From the NCBI GenBank assembly GCA_022779485.1, contig JALFTC010000013.1, forward strand, positions 34,240-98,239: DNA of 64,000 bases. Reading direction: 5' to 3'. The stretch comes from Ruminococcus sp. (lineage in GTDB: Bacteria; Bacillota; Clostridia; Oscillospirales; Acutalibacteraceae). This document shows, in pieces, positions 9,385-19,211 of this stretch (its first letter is position 1; every line of letters begins with the position of its first letter). The notes under the pieces were generated by a model. That model had not been told where the DNA came from. It did no database searches and saw nothing but the letters and a program-made list of their open reading frames with translations. A program made the translations under genes and the position numbers.

Positions 9385-11943
9385 ATGGCTGATAACAACG
9401 AAAAGGACTACACAATGCCCCAGGCAAAAACCATAAATGTTGATATTGACAGGGAAATGAGAAAGTCATTCCTTGACTACTCAATGTCAGTTATTGTATC
9501 CCGTGCACTTCCCGATGTCAGGGATGGACTAAAACCTGTACACAGAAGAATACTTTACACAATGCACGAAAAAGGTCTTGAACCAAACAAGCCTTACCAC
9601 AAGTGCGCCGACACAGTTGGTGCTGTGCTGGGTGCTTATCACCCACACGGTGACGCATCTGTTTATGATGCCCTTGTAAGACTTGCACAGACCTTTTCAA
9701 TGCGCTATATGCTGGTTGACGGTCACGGTAACTTTGGTTCTGTTGACGGTGACCCGCCTGCCGCTTACAGATATACAGAGGCAAGAATGAGCAAAATTTC
9801 AACAGAAATGCTTACAGATATTGATAAGAATACTGTTGACTTTATGCCAAACTATGACGACAGACTTCAGGAGCCTACTGTACTTCCCTCAAGGTTCCCT
9901 AACCTTCTTGTAAACGGTTCTTCAGGTATTGCGGTTGGTATGGCTACAAACATTCCGCCTCACAATTTAGGCGAGGTTGTTGACGCAATGTGTCTGCTCA
10001 TTGACAATCCTGACGCAGAGGTTGCCGACCTTATGGAATGTATGCCCGGACCGGACTTCCCCACAGGTGCAATTATTATGGGCAGAAGCGGAATAAGAGC
10101 CGCTTACGCCACAGGCAGAGGAAAAATTGTCCTAAGGGCAAAGACAGAAATTGAAGAACAGAAAAACGGAAGATTTAAGATTATTGTTTCCGAACTTCCT
10201 TATCAGGTCAACAAAGCAAGACTTATTGAGTCTATTGCCGATATGGTCAGGGATAAAAGGCTGGAGGGTATCTCCAACATTGAAGATCACTCCGACCGAA
10301 ACGGTATGCACATTGAAATTGACATCAAGAGGGATGCATCCCCTCAGGTTGTGCTTAACACACTCTTTAAAAATACACAGCTCCAAATCACCTTTGGTGT
10401 AATCAACCTTGCCATTGTAAACGGTGAGCCTAAGGTGCTTACACTTAAGGAAATGCTCCAGCATTACATTGATTTTCAGGTTGAGGTTATTGTTCGCAGA
10501 ACAGAATTTGACCTTAAAAAGGCACAGGAAAGATGCCATATCCTTGAAGGTCTGAAAATTGCACAGGACAATATTGAAGAAGTAATCAAGGTTATCAGAG
10601 AGTCAAAGGATCAGACAACAGCAAAGGCAAATCTCTGTGAAAAATTCGGTCTTGATGATGTTCAGGCTCAGGCTATTGTACAGATGCGCCTTGGCCAGCT
10701 GACAAACCTTGAAAGAGAAAAGATTGAAAACGAAATAAACGAACTGACAATAAAGATTGCAAACCTAAACGAAATCCTTGCAAACAAGGAAAAACAGCTT
10801 AGCCTTGTAAAAGAGGAAACTATGGCTGTAAGGAACAAATATGCCGACCAAAGGAGAACAGAAATTTGTGCTGTTTCCGGTGAGGTTGACATTGAGGATC
10901 TTATTCCGCAGGAGGATTGCGTTCTCACACTTACACAGTTTGGTTACATCAAGAGAATACCTGCCGACACCTACAAAATTCAGAACCGTGGTGGCAGAGG
11001 TGTTTCCGGTATGTCAAGGAGAGAAGAGGATGTAGCAAAGGAAATGTTTGTTGTAAACTCCCACGACCTTATTCTGTTCTTTACCGACAAGGGAAGAGTT
11101 TACCGCATAAAGTGCTACGAAGTTCCCGAGGGTTCTCGTCAGAGCAAGGGTATGAATATAGCAAATCTCCTGCCTATTGACCAGGACGAAAAGGTTACTT
11201 CAATGATTAAGGTTGACAATATGGAGGACGACAAGTACCTCATTATGGTTACCAAAAAGGGCATAATCAAGAGAATTGAGCTTTCAGCCTACAACACAGC
11301 AAGAAAGGGCGGACTTATTGCCCTTGAGCTTAATGAGGGTGACGAGCTTGCTTGGGTTAAAATGACCGAGGGTAACGACAATGTTATTGTTGCAACCAAA
11401 AACGGTATGGCTATCCGCTTTAACGAAAATGATGTCAGAGCAATGGGCAGACAGGCTCGTGGTGTAAAGGCTATGAAACTTGATGAGAATGACGAAATTG
11501 TGGGTATGTGTGTTGCATCTGACGACGATATGGTTCTCACCGTTTCCGAAACAGGCTACGGAAGAATTTCCAAGGCTGTTGACTACCGTGTTCAGTCCCG
11601 TGGCGGTAAGGGTCTTACAAACTACCACACAGACAAGTACGGCAAGGTAGCCACAGTTCAGTCAGTAAGCCTTGATGACGACATTATTATGATTTCAAAG
11701 TCAGGTATTGTCATCAGGATAGAGGCATCCTCTGTAAGAATTTGCAACAGACCAAGCAAGGGTGTAACCCTTATGAAGCCTGTTGACGGGGACAAGGTTG
11801 TTACAATAGCAACTGCACCTCACGAGGATGAAGAAAATAGTGAAAAGCCACAGGATGATAACGAAGAAAATTCTGTAAATTCTGAAAATGCCAATGATAC
11901 AGATAATCAGGAAAATACAGAACAAGCGGACAGCAACGAGTAA
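9385..11943 (+). CDS. gyrA: DNA gyrase subunit A
   Basis: [26 protein letters not shown], GyrA-box QNRGGRG, acidic tail. Confidence 0.97.
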   Translation: MADNNEKDYTMPQAKTINVDIDREMRKSFLDYSMSVIVSRALPDVRDGLKPVHRRILYTMHEKGLEPNKPYHKCADTVGAVLGAYHPHGDASVYDALVRLAQTFSMRYMLVDGHGNFGSVDGDPPAAYRYTEARMSKISTEMLTDIDKNTVDFMPNYDDRLQEPTVLPSRFPNLLVNGSSGIAVGMATNIPPHNLGEVVDAMCLLIDNPDAEVADLMECMPGPDFPTGAIIMGRSGIRAAYATGRGKIVLRAKTEIEEQKNGRFKIIVSELPYQVNKARLIESIADMVRDKRLEGISNIEDHSDRNGMHIEIDIKRDASPQVVLNTLFKNTQLQITFGVINLAIVNGEPKVLTLKEMLQHYIDFQVEVIVRRTEFDLKKAQERCHILEGLKIAQDNIEEVIKVIRESKDQTTAKANLCEKFGLDDVQAQAIVQMRLGQLTNLEREKIENEINELTIKIANLNEILANKEKQLSLVKEETMAVRNKYADQRRTEICAVSGEVDIEDLIPQEDCVLTLTQFGYIKRIPADTYKIQNRGGRGVSGMSRREEDVAKEMFVVNSHDLILFFTDKGRVYRIKCYEVPEGSRQSKGMNIANLLPIDQDEKVTSMIKVDNMEDDKYLIMVTKKGIIKRIELSAYNTARKGGLIALELNEGDELAWVKMTEGNDNVIVATKNGMAIRFNENDVRAMGRQARGVKAMKLDENDEIVGMCVASDDDMVLTVSETGYGRISKAVDYRVQSRGGKGLTNYHTDKYGKVATVQSVSLDDDIIMISKSGIVIRIEASSVRICNRPSKGVTLMKPVDGDKVVTIATAPHEDEENSEKPQDDNEENSVNSENANDTDNQENTEQADSNE

Positions 11944-11951
11944 TTTGTAGT

Positions 11952-12662
11952 ATGAAGATTAAAAAACTTTCCATAATTACTGTTTTGATAATGGCGGTTT
12001 TGTCAGTTTCTATGCTGGCAGGCTGTGAAAAAGAAAATTCAAAAAGCAAATTTCCCGAAAATAAATCAACAGTGATTAGTGCAAAAAATTCCTCTCAAAG
12101 GTCATACGATATGGACATTGAGAAATTTACAGAAAAATTCAATGAAATGTATGAGGATAAGACAGAAAAAGGTGGTGTTGCCCTTGACAGCAAGGACAAG
12201 CCAACCGGTCTTACCGAAGAAAACTTTACCCAAATTGGTGAAAAAAATGTAAAGAACGGAGAAACCACCTGCAACACCTATCATCACCCAACAGCAAAAT
12301 GCGAAATTATCCTTACAGTTGACAATAACACCGAAAAGATAATTTCCTTTGCCGTTGCAACAACAGGGGAAGTGTGGGAAAAGTCTGCAAAGGATGTGGA
12401 AACAGTTGCAGTTATCGGCTCTATTGTGTGTGGCGGTTATGAGGTTGAAGATTTTGACTTCTTCAAAAAACTGTACGAAAGCGCCATAAGCGGAAACTGT
12501 TTCTATGATAATATTCTCTACAAAACATCAGGCACAGAAAAGGACAACAACTCTGTAATAAAGCTGATGTCCCTGCCCTGCTCAAAGGAATCAATCAACA
12601 AAACATCATACACAGACTACAAAAAATACCTGAACAAAAAGTGCAAATTCGGAGAGCATTAA
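11952..12662 (+). CDS. Lipoprotein of unknown function
   Basis: Signal peptide with lipobox MLAG-C. Confidence 0.7.
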   Translation: MKIKKLSIITVLIMAVLSVSMLAGCEKENSKSKFPENKSTVISAKNSSQRSYDMDIEKFTEKFNEMYEDKTEKGGVALDSKDKPTGLTEENFTQIGEKNVKNGETTCNTYHHPTAKCEIILTVDNNTEKIISFAVATTGEVWEKSAKDVETVAVIGSIVCGGYEVEDFDFFKKLYESAISGNCFYDNILYKTSGTEKDNNSVIKLMSLPCSKESINKTSYTDYKKYLNKKCKFGEH

Positions 12663-12674
12663 GTTTAAAATTAG

Positions 12675-12712
12675 GACTATCACAAAATTTATTCTTTGCG
12701 ATAGTCTTTTTT
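12675..12712 (+). terminator. Intrinsic terminator of the gyrB-gyrA-lipoprotein unit
   Basis: GACTATCACAAA...TTTGCGATAGTC followed by T6. Confidence 0.75.
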
Positions 12713-12873
12713 GCCTAATAATAGTAAATTATTAATAAATTATATTATGAAAATACATAAATTTCGTATATTATAGAAAAATTTTGAAAATTTGTCCCAT
12801 TTTTCACTTTTTTATTGTTGTATTAGTAAAGGTGTTGTAAAATAATACCGTAATTATAAGTGAGGAATATTAA

Positions 12874-15192
12874 ATGATAAAATTTACCGACAGAATATCT
12901 AAGGTTTTAGCTGTGATTTTCGGGTTTTTTACCTGTGTAACAATTTCCTGTATATTTTCTTCATACATCGGTTTCGGGAAATATTTAGGGTTACATACTA
13001 AGGACAACATAAAGCTATTTGTTACATATTCTATGAATATTTTAGGAGGAATACTAATTTCCTTTGGAATTTTGGCTGTTTTTCGGCTGATAAACAAATG
13101 TTCAAGGAAAGGTATTATTGTTTTAAGTTTAGTTCTCTTTTCTCTGTTTGGCGGAATTTTGTTTTTTATACTTATAAACTACAACACAATACCAAATACG
13201 GACAGTTTTTTTGTCAACGATTATGCAATAAGTATGGTTAAGGGAAAACACAATGTTATTGACGGAGGTATAAGATATTTTGCAAAGTATTCAAACAACA
13301 ACCCTATTGTAATTCTGCTTTTCTTTATTTATTCTGTTGCAGATTTTGTTGGAGTTAATGACCTCTTTTCATTTGGCAGATTTGTAAACGCTGTTGCCAT
13401 TATGGGGGCTGAGGTGCTGTTCTTCTTTGCAATTAAAAAACTGACAGGAAAACTTACCACAGCAGTAAAATTTCTTTTGCTGAGCCTGTTATATCCACCA
13501 CTTTTATTAATGGTTTCCTGGGTCTACACAGCAACCCTTTGCCTTCCCTTTATGGGAGGAATTTTCCTTGCAGGGGCAAGCCTTTACCGTACCAAGAAGA
13601 AATCTTCGCTTATAGTAAATTCAGCCGTTGCCGGTGTTTTGACCGTTGCAGGATACAATATTCGCCCTGTTGTAATGATTTTGTCAATTGCATTCTTTAT
13701 ATGCCTTGTACTTTGGACATTACGCAGTAAGGAAAGGCTGAAAAAATTTCTTACAATTACTGTGACAGGGATAATTTTTGCCGTAGGCACATTCGCCTGT
13801 TGCACCGCTTTAAACAATCATTACTATACGGGAAGTGAAAGGAATTTTCCTCTTATACACTGGGTTGCAATGGGACTTACAAATGACGGAACATTTGACA
13901 TCAATTTATCATTACAAAATGAAAAACTTGAAAATCAACAGAAAATTAAAGAAAATTGTAGAAGATACATAAGTAAAGCCATAAATCAATACACACCAAA
14001 AACATTTATAAAACATATGTACAAAAAGCACAGCAGTATGTGGGGGGACGGCTCGTTGGGATTTCCCTCCCGTATAGGCAGTATAAAAGAGTCTGCATTT
14101 GGAGCAGAGTATTTAATTGGCGGAAAGTCTGAATTTTTGTATATTTACTGTCAGATGTTCTGGGCGTGTCTTAACATACTTTGCATTTTATTTGCGGTTA
14201 GTTTTATTCTTAACAAACAGAAAAATTATTCCTTTGTATTGTTGCTTACTATGATTGGCGCTATTATTTTCTATATGATTTGGGAGGTAAAGAATGTATA
14301 CGCACTGCCGTTTTTGTATTTTATAACCGCAATGGCTGTTTCAGGGGGAGAAAGCGGTGAAAAATTCTTTGACTTATCCCGAAAAAAACGGAATAATATT
14401 TCAAGGCTGTTATATGTCGGAGTTGCAATATTTTCTATTGTTATTATGCTTATTGCAAGTCCCTACCTTACCTATCAGGTGAAAAAAAGCAGAACACCCT
14501 TGCTTTCCGTTGGAATTACATACAAAGCAAACATAAAAGACATTGCAAGAGAGAAAAAGACAGTTACACAAAGCTTTTATATCAATGAAAAGTTTAATCG
14601 TATTCAGATATATTATGATTATACAGGCGTAAAAGATAATAAAGGGAAACCTCCTGTTTATTTTATAGGTTTATTTAACAGCGACAAAAAACTGATAGGT
14701 AAAAAGATTCTTGATTTTTCTGAAACTAATGCATATCCAAAATCGAAAATTCACTCAATAACAGCTAAGAGGGAGAATCTTAGAAAACTTGGATGTGTTA
14801 AAATTAAGCTTAAAAAATATTATCAACCAAAAGCCAAAGAAAAATTAACAATTAAAATAACAGGAAAAGGAGATTATGATACTCTGTCTTTTAACTCTGC
14901 CTTTGGAGAAACGCTTGATTCATATAGGGGAGAACTTAAAATTAACGGAGAAAAACAAAATAAAGATTTGCGTATCAGCGTACAGCAATCAAAAAAAGAA
15001 CCCCTTACAACAATTCCTGTATACATCAGCCTTTGCTTTTTTGTTATTTCTCTTGAACTTTTAACATATAAAGAATTGTTTTGTGGAAAAAGTAATAGGG
15101 AAACACTGAATAAATCACTTTACACATCTTGTTTACATAGAAAAAATAAAAATTTTATAAAAAGCACTGAGAAAAGCACTGAGAAATTATAA
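12874..15192 (+). CDS. Polytopic GT-C-fold (PMT-like) glycosyltransferase, copy 1
   Basis: Many TM segments, first-loop acidic motif TDSFFVND, YFAKYSNNNP, HWVAMGL, extracytoplasmic C-terminal domain. Family assigned by pattern recognition only. Confidence 0.6.
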   Translation: MIKFTDRISKVLAVIFGFFTCVTISCIFSSYIGFGKYLGLHTKDNIKLFVTYSMNILGGILISFGILAVFRLINKCSRKGIIVLSLVLFSLFGGILFFILINYNTIPNTDSFFVNDYAISMVKGKHNVIDGGIRYFAKYSNNNPIVILLFFIYSVADFVGVNDLFSFGRFVNAVAIMGAEVLFFFAIKKLTGKLTTAVKFLLLSLLYPPLLLMVSWVYTATLCLPFMGGIFLAGASLYRTKKKSSLIVNSAVAGVLTVAGYNIRPVVMILSIAFFICLVLWTLRSKERLKKFLTITVTGIIFAVGTFACCTALNNHYYTGSERNFPLIHWVAMGLTNDGTFDINLSLQNEKLENQQKIKENCRRYISKAINQYTPKTFIKHMYKKHSSMWGDGSLGFPSRIGSIKESAFGAEYLIGGKSEFLYIYCQMFWACLNILCILFAVSFILNKQKNYSFVLLLTMIGAIIFYMIWEVKNVYALPFLYFITAMAVSGGESGEKFFDLSRKKRNNISRLLYVGVAIFSIVIMLIASPYLTYQVKKSRTPLLSVGITYKANIKDIAREKKTVTQSFYINEKFNRIQIYYDYTGVKDNKGKPPVYFIGLFNSDKKLIGKKILDFSETNAYPKSKIHSITAKRENLRKLGCVKIKLKKYYQPKAKEKLTIKITGKGDYDTLSFNSAFGETLDSYRGELKINGEKQNKDLRISVQQSKKEPLTTIPVYISLCFFVISLELLTYKELFCGKSNRETLNKSLYTSCLHRKNKNFIKSTEKSTEKL

Positions 15193-15288
15193 AAAATCGA
15201 AAAATTTGTCCTATTTTCCGTTTTTTTATTGTTGTATTGGTAAAGGCGTTGTAAAATATAACTGTTGTTATTAGTGAGGAATATTAAG

Positions 15289-17538
15289 ATGACAAAATTT
15301 ACTGATAAAATCTTAAAAATATTAGCTGTGGTTTTCGGGTTTTTTACCTGTGTGACTATTTTTTCTGCTACTGTGATGTACTCGTCAACAGGGCATTACT
15401 TTACTGCAACAGCCCATAACAATTTGCAATTATTTTTGTTATATTCAATGAACATTTCCGGCGGAATACTGATTGCCTTTGGAATTCTTGCTATGTTCCG
15501 ACTGATAAACAAATTGTCAAGGAGAGGGCTTGTTATTGCAAGTGCTGTTCTCTTTGCACTGTTTGGGGGAGTTTTGCTTTTTGTACTCCTGAACTACACC
15601 ACAATCCCCATCAGCGACAGTTTTTATGTCAACGATTATGCTGTGGGTATGGCTAAAGGTAAGTATAGTGTGATTGACGGCAGTACAAGGTATTTTGCGA
15701 AGTACTCAAACAACAATCCTATGGTGATTTTACTTTACTTCCTTTATTCAATAGCAGATTTCTTTGGTGTTACCGACCTTATTGGGTTTGGCAGATGTGT
15801 AAACGCTGTTGCAATTATGGGTGCTGAGGTGCTGTTTTTCTTTGCAATAAAAAAACTGACAGGAAAACTCACCACAGCAGTAAAATTCCTTTTGCTTAGC
15901 CTTATATATCCCCCTGTTATGCTTTTGGTGCCTTGGGTATATACCGCCTCGTTTTGTCTGCCCTTTATGGGAGGAATTTTCCTTGCAGGGGCTAACCTTT
16001 ACCGTGCAAAAAAGAAATCTTCAATTATTATAAATTCAGCCGTTGCAGGTGTTTTGACAGTTGCAGGCTATAATATTCGCCCTGTTGTAATGATTTTGTC
16101 AATTGCATTCTTTATATGCCTTGTAATGTGGACTTTACGAAGTAAGGAAAGGCTGAAAAAGGCTATTACAATATCCTTGGTAGGTGTAATATTTGCCGGA
16201 AGTACATTTGCCTGTTGCTCTGCTGTTAACAACCACTACTATACAGGAAGCGAGAGAAATTTCCCACTAATACACTGGGTTGCAATGGGACTTACAAATG
16301 ACGGTACCTTTGACGGTAATTTGGTTGCACAAAACGAAAAACTCTCAACAAAACAGGAGATTAAGGAAAACTGCAATAAATATATTGAAAAAGCCTTAAA
16401 GAAATATACTCCTGCAACATTTCTTAATCACTTGTACATAAAACACAAAAGTATGTGGGGCGACGGTAGCATGACCTTCCACCAAAGAATAAAGGGAGTA
16501 GAAAAGTATGCCAAGGGTGCAAAATATTTAATTGGCGAAAAGTCGGACTTTCTGTACATTTACTGTCAGATGTTCTGGATAGCCCTAAATATTTTGACTT
16601 TAATTTTTGCCGTAGGTTTCATAATTAACAAGCAAAAGAAATTTACCTTGGTAATTTTCCTGACAATGCTTGGTGCATACGGATTTTATATGCTTTGGGA
16701 GGTAAAGCCCTCCTATGCAACACCGTTTATCTTTTTAGTTACAGCAATGGCAGTTTTAGGTGGAGAAAGTATAGAGAATGTTTTTGCTTTTGCCACTAAA
16801 AAGGCGAAAAACACAGGCAGAATAGTCTATGGTGTAGTTGCAGTTTTTTCCATTGTACTTATGTTTATTGCAAATCCTTTCTTTACAGAAAAGGTGGTAA
16901 GAGTGAAAACCTCTGTGCTTGAGGTAACTTCAACACACAATAAATATATCCATGCAACTGCAAAAAGACAAAAAACTATATCACAGGAATTTTGCACTGA
17001 CACAAAATTTAACCGCATTACAGTTTTATACAAATATAAAAACGGAGCAATCCAAAAGGGTGAGGCTCCTGTTTATCAGCTAAAGCTGTATAATCAAGAG
17101 GAAAAACTTTTGGGTGAGGGAAAAATAGACTTTACTAAAAAGACAAAAATAAAGGATACAACTGTTGAGGGCGACAGAGTAATAGGATATCACAAGGATA
17201 CAGGGGTAATTCGCCTTAAAAAATATTACAATCCGAAAAATAATGAGAAGTTCAGAATAGAAATTAGCGGAAAGGGAGATTACGACCTTGCGCTGTTCTG
17301 CATATCCCATGGAGAGTCCATTGACCCCTACCCCGGCAAATTAACTATTAACGGAAAAGAGAAAAAGGGTGACCTGCGTATAAATGTGCAACAGCTTTAT
17401 AAAGGAATTTTGATTGGAAAATCAAAATATTTATTGGTGTGTTCAGCAATAATTTTCCTTGAAATGTTAATATATGCTTTGGTGTTCTATAAGGGTAAAA
17501 GAAAAGTAAGAGAAGAAAAAAACAAGCATAAATTATAG
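15289..17538 (+). CDS. Polytopic GT-C-fold glycosyltransferase, copy 2 (start moved from 15265 to ATG 15289)
   Basis: Near-identical blocks with copy 1; same GTGAGGAATATT RBS and duplicated promoter. Confidence 0.6.
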   Translation: MTKFTDKILKILAVVFGFFTCVTIFSATVMYSSTGHYFTATAHNNLQLFLLYSMNISGGILIAFGILAMFRLINKLSRRGLVIASAVLFALFGGVLLFVLLNYTTIPISDSFYVNDYAVGMAKGKYSVIDGSTRYFAKYSNNNPMVILLYFLYSIADFFGVTDLIGFGRCVNAVAIMGAEVLFFFAIKKLTGKLTTAVKFLLLSLIYPPVMLLVPWVYTASFCLPFMGGIFLAGANLYRAKKKSSIIINSAVAGVLTVAGYNIRPVVMILSIAFFICLVMWTLRSKERLKKAITISLVGVIFAGSTFACCSAVNNHYYTGSERNFPLIHWVAMGLTNDGTFDGNLVAQNEKLSTKQEIKENCNKYIEKALKKYTPATFLNHLYIKHKSMWGDGSMTFHQRIKGVEKYAKGAKYLIGEKSDFLYIYCQMFWIALNILTLIFAVGFIINKQKKFTLVIFLTMLGAYGFYMLWEVKPSYATPFIFLVTAMAVLGGESIENVFAFATKKAKNTGRIVYGVVAVFSIVLMFIANPFFTEKVVRVKTSVLEVTSTHNKYIHATAKRQKTISQEFCTDTKFNRITVLYKYKNGAIQKGEAPVYQLKLYNQEEKLLGEGKIDFTKKTKIKDTTVEGDRVIGYHKDTGVIRLKKYYNPKNNEKFRIEISGKGDYDLALFCISHGESIDPYPGKLTINGKEKKGDLRINVQQLYKGILIGKSKYLLVCSAIIFLEMLIYALVFYKGKRKVREEKNKHKL

Positions 17539-17579
17539 TATTCTTCACTTTTCTAACTTTTTGTGATACAATTTGCTTT

Positions 17580-18509
17580 ATGAATGTAAAGAAATTTTTT
17601 AGTAACAAAATTATAGCGTCGCTTTTGGCTTTACTTTGTGTTTCTCTGTGGGGAACAGCATTTCCTGTAATTAAAAAGTGCTATGAAATATTTGCTTTGG
17701 AAACATCGGATTATGCCGGCAAGGTGCTCTTTGCCGGTTACCGCTTTTTATTAGCAGGGTTAATGGTACTTTTTGTTGCCTCTTTGGTGGAAAAAAGGCT
17801 TGTATATCCCAAAAAAAGTGATATAGTACCCATAGGTATAATGGGAACATTGCAAATTTTTCTGCAGTATCTTTTTTCCTACATAGGACTTTCAAACACA
17901 ACCGGCACAAAAACCTCAATTATTACATCATTGGGTACATTTTTAGGAGTTGCATTGTCACCGCTTTTCTTTAAAAGCGACACCCTTACAATAAAAAAGG
18001 CATTGGGTTGCGGTGTTGGTTTAGCCGGAATAATTGTTGTCAATCTTGACGGAATAAGTGAAAACAGTTTTACCTTTATAGGTGAAGGATTTGTTATGCT
18101 TTCAGCCGTTACCGCCACAGCAGGAAGTCTTTACAGCAAAAAGGCAAGCAAGGGCAGAAATCCTATGACAGTTTCAGCATATCACCTTATTATAGGTGGC
18201 ACAGGACTGGTGCTTGTGGGATTTTTGTTTGGGGGAAGTCTTGAATTTAACGGAGCAATAACCTATATTCTGCTGATTTATTTAGGTGTGGTTTCCGCAG
18301 TTTCCTTTACAATTTGGACAGCACTTTTAAAGTATAACCGTCCGTCGGGAATACTTATTTTTAATCTCCTGATACCTATTTTCGGAACAATTTGGAGCGG
18401 TATTCTCCTTGGTGAGGAGATTTGGAATATTTACACCTTTATTTCGATTGTGCTTATCACATTGGGAATAGTTTTTGTGAATTTAAGGGGTGAGAAAAAT
18501 GGTAATTAA
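17580..18509 (+). CDS. DMT/EamA family transporter
   Basis: About 10 TM helices; LWGTAFPVIK and GYRFLLAGL EamA repeats. Confidence 0.85.
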   Translation: MNVKKFFSNKIIASLLALLCVSLWGTAFPVIKKCYEIFALETSDYAGKVLFAGYRFLLAGLMVLFVASLVEKRLVYPKKSDIVPIGIMGTLQIFLQYLFSYIGLSNTTGTKTSIITSLGTFLGVALSPLFFKSDTLTIKKALGCGVGLAGIIVVNLDGISENSFTFIGEGFVMLSAVTATAGSLYSKKASKGRNPMTVSAYHLIIGGTGLVLVGFLFGGSLEFNGAITYILLIYLGVVSAVSFTIWTALLKYNRPSGILIFNLLIPIFGTIWSGILLGEEIWNIYTFISIVLITLGIVFVNLRGEKNGN

Positions 18510-19143
18510 AGGCGTAATTTTTGATATGGACGGAGTTTTGCTGAATTCCGAAGTGCTGTATCAGCGATTTTGGCTTGAGTCACTCCACTACTACGGTTAC
18601 CCGGCAGAAAAAGAGCATATACTTGCACTTCGCTCCTTAACAGGGAAAAATGCGGAATTAAAGTTAAAGTCATTTTTCGGTGACAGCCTTGATTACGAAA
18701 AGGTTAAGAATAAAAGAATTGTCTTAATGGATGAATATGTCCGTAAAAACGGTGTGGAAATAAAAAAGGGAGCAGATGAAATTTTGCCTTACCTAAAGAA
18801 AAAAGGCATAAAAATTGCCCTTGCCACATCCTCACCCTATGAAAGAGCACAGGAGCATTTGGGTATGGCAGGACTGTTTAAATATTTTGACCAATGTGTG
18901 TGTGGCGGTATGGTGAAAAATTCAAAGCCACAGCCGGATATTTACCTTTTGGCATCGGAAAAATTAGGTTTAAAGCCTTGTGAATGTATAGCGGTTGAGG
19001 ACTCCCCCAACGGTGTAAAGTCAGCCGTTAACGCAGGGTGCAAAACCGTAATGATACCCGACCTTACCCCCTGTACAGAGGACTTAAAAAAAGACCTCTT
19101 TGCCATTTGTAACGATTTGACAGAGATTAAAGAATTTGTATAG
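18499..19143 (+). CDS. HAD-IA family phosphatase (beta-PGM-like)
   Basis: FDMDGVLLNSE, ATSS, KPQPDIY, EDSPNG. Confidence 0.85.
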   Translation: MVIKGVIFDMDGVLLNSEVLYQRFWLESLHYYGYPAEKEHILALRSLTGKNAELKLKSFFGDSLDYEKVKNKRIVLMDEYVRKNGVEIKKGADEILPYLKKKGIKIALATSSPYERAQEHLGMAGLFKYFDQCVCGGMVKNSKPQPDIYLLASEKLGLKPCECIAVEDSPNGVKSAVNAGCKTVMIPDLTPCTEDLKKDLFAICNDLTEIKEFV

Positions 19144-19146
19144 CAC

Positions 19147-19190
19147 AAAAACCCCGAAAGATGGATTCTATTCCGTCTTTCGGGGAAATC
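19147..19190. terminator. Bidirectional terminator between convergent HAD and GH13 genes
   Basis: CCCCGAAAGATGG / CCGTCTTTCGGGG stem. Confidence 0.7.
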
Positions 19191-19211
19191 TATTTATGAT
19201 TAATATTTGAA

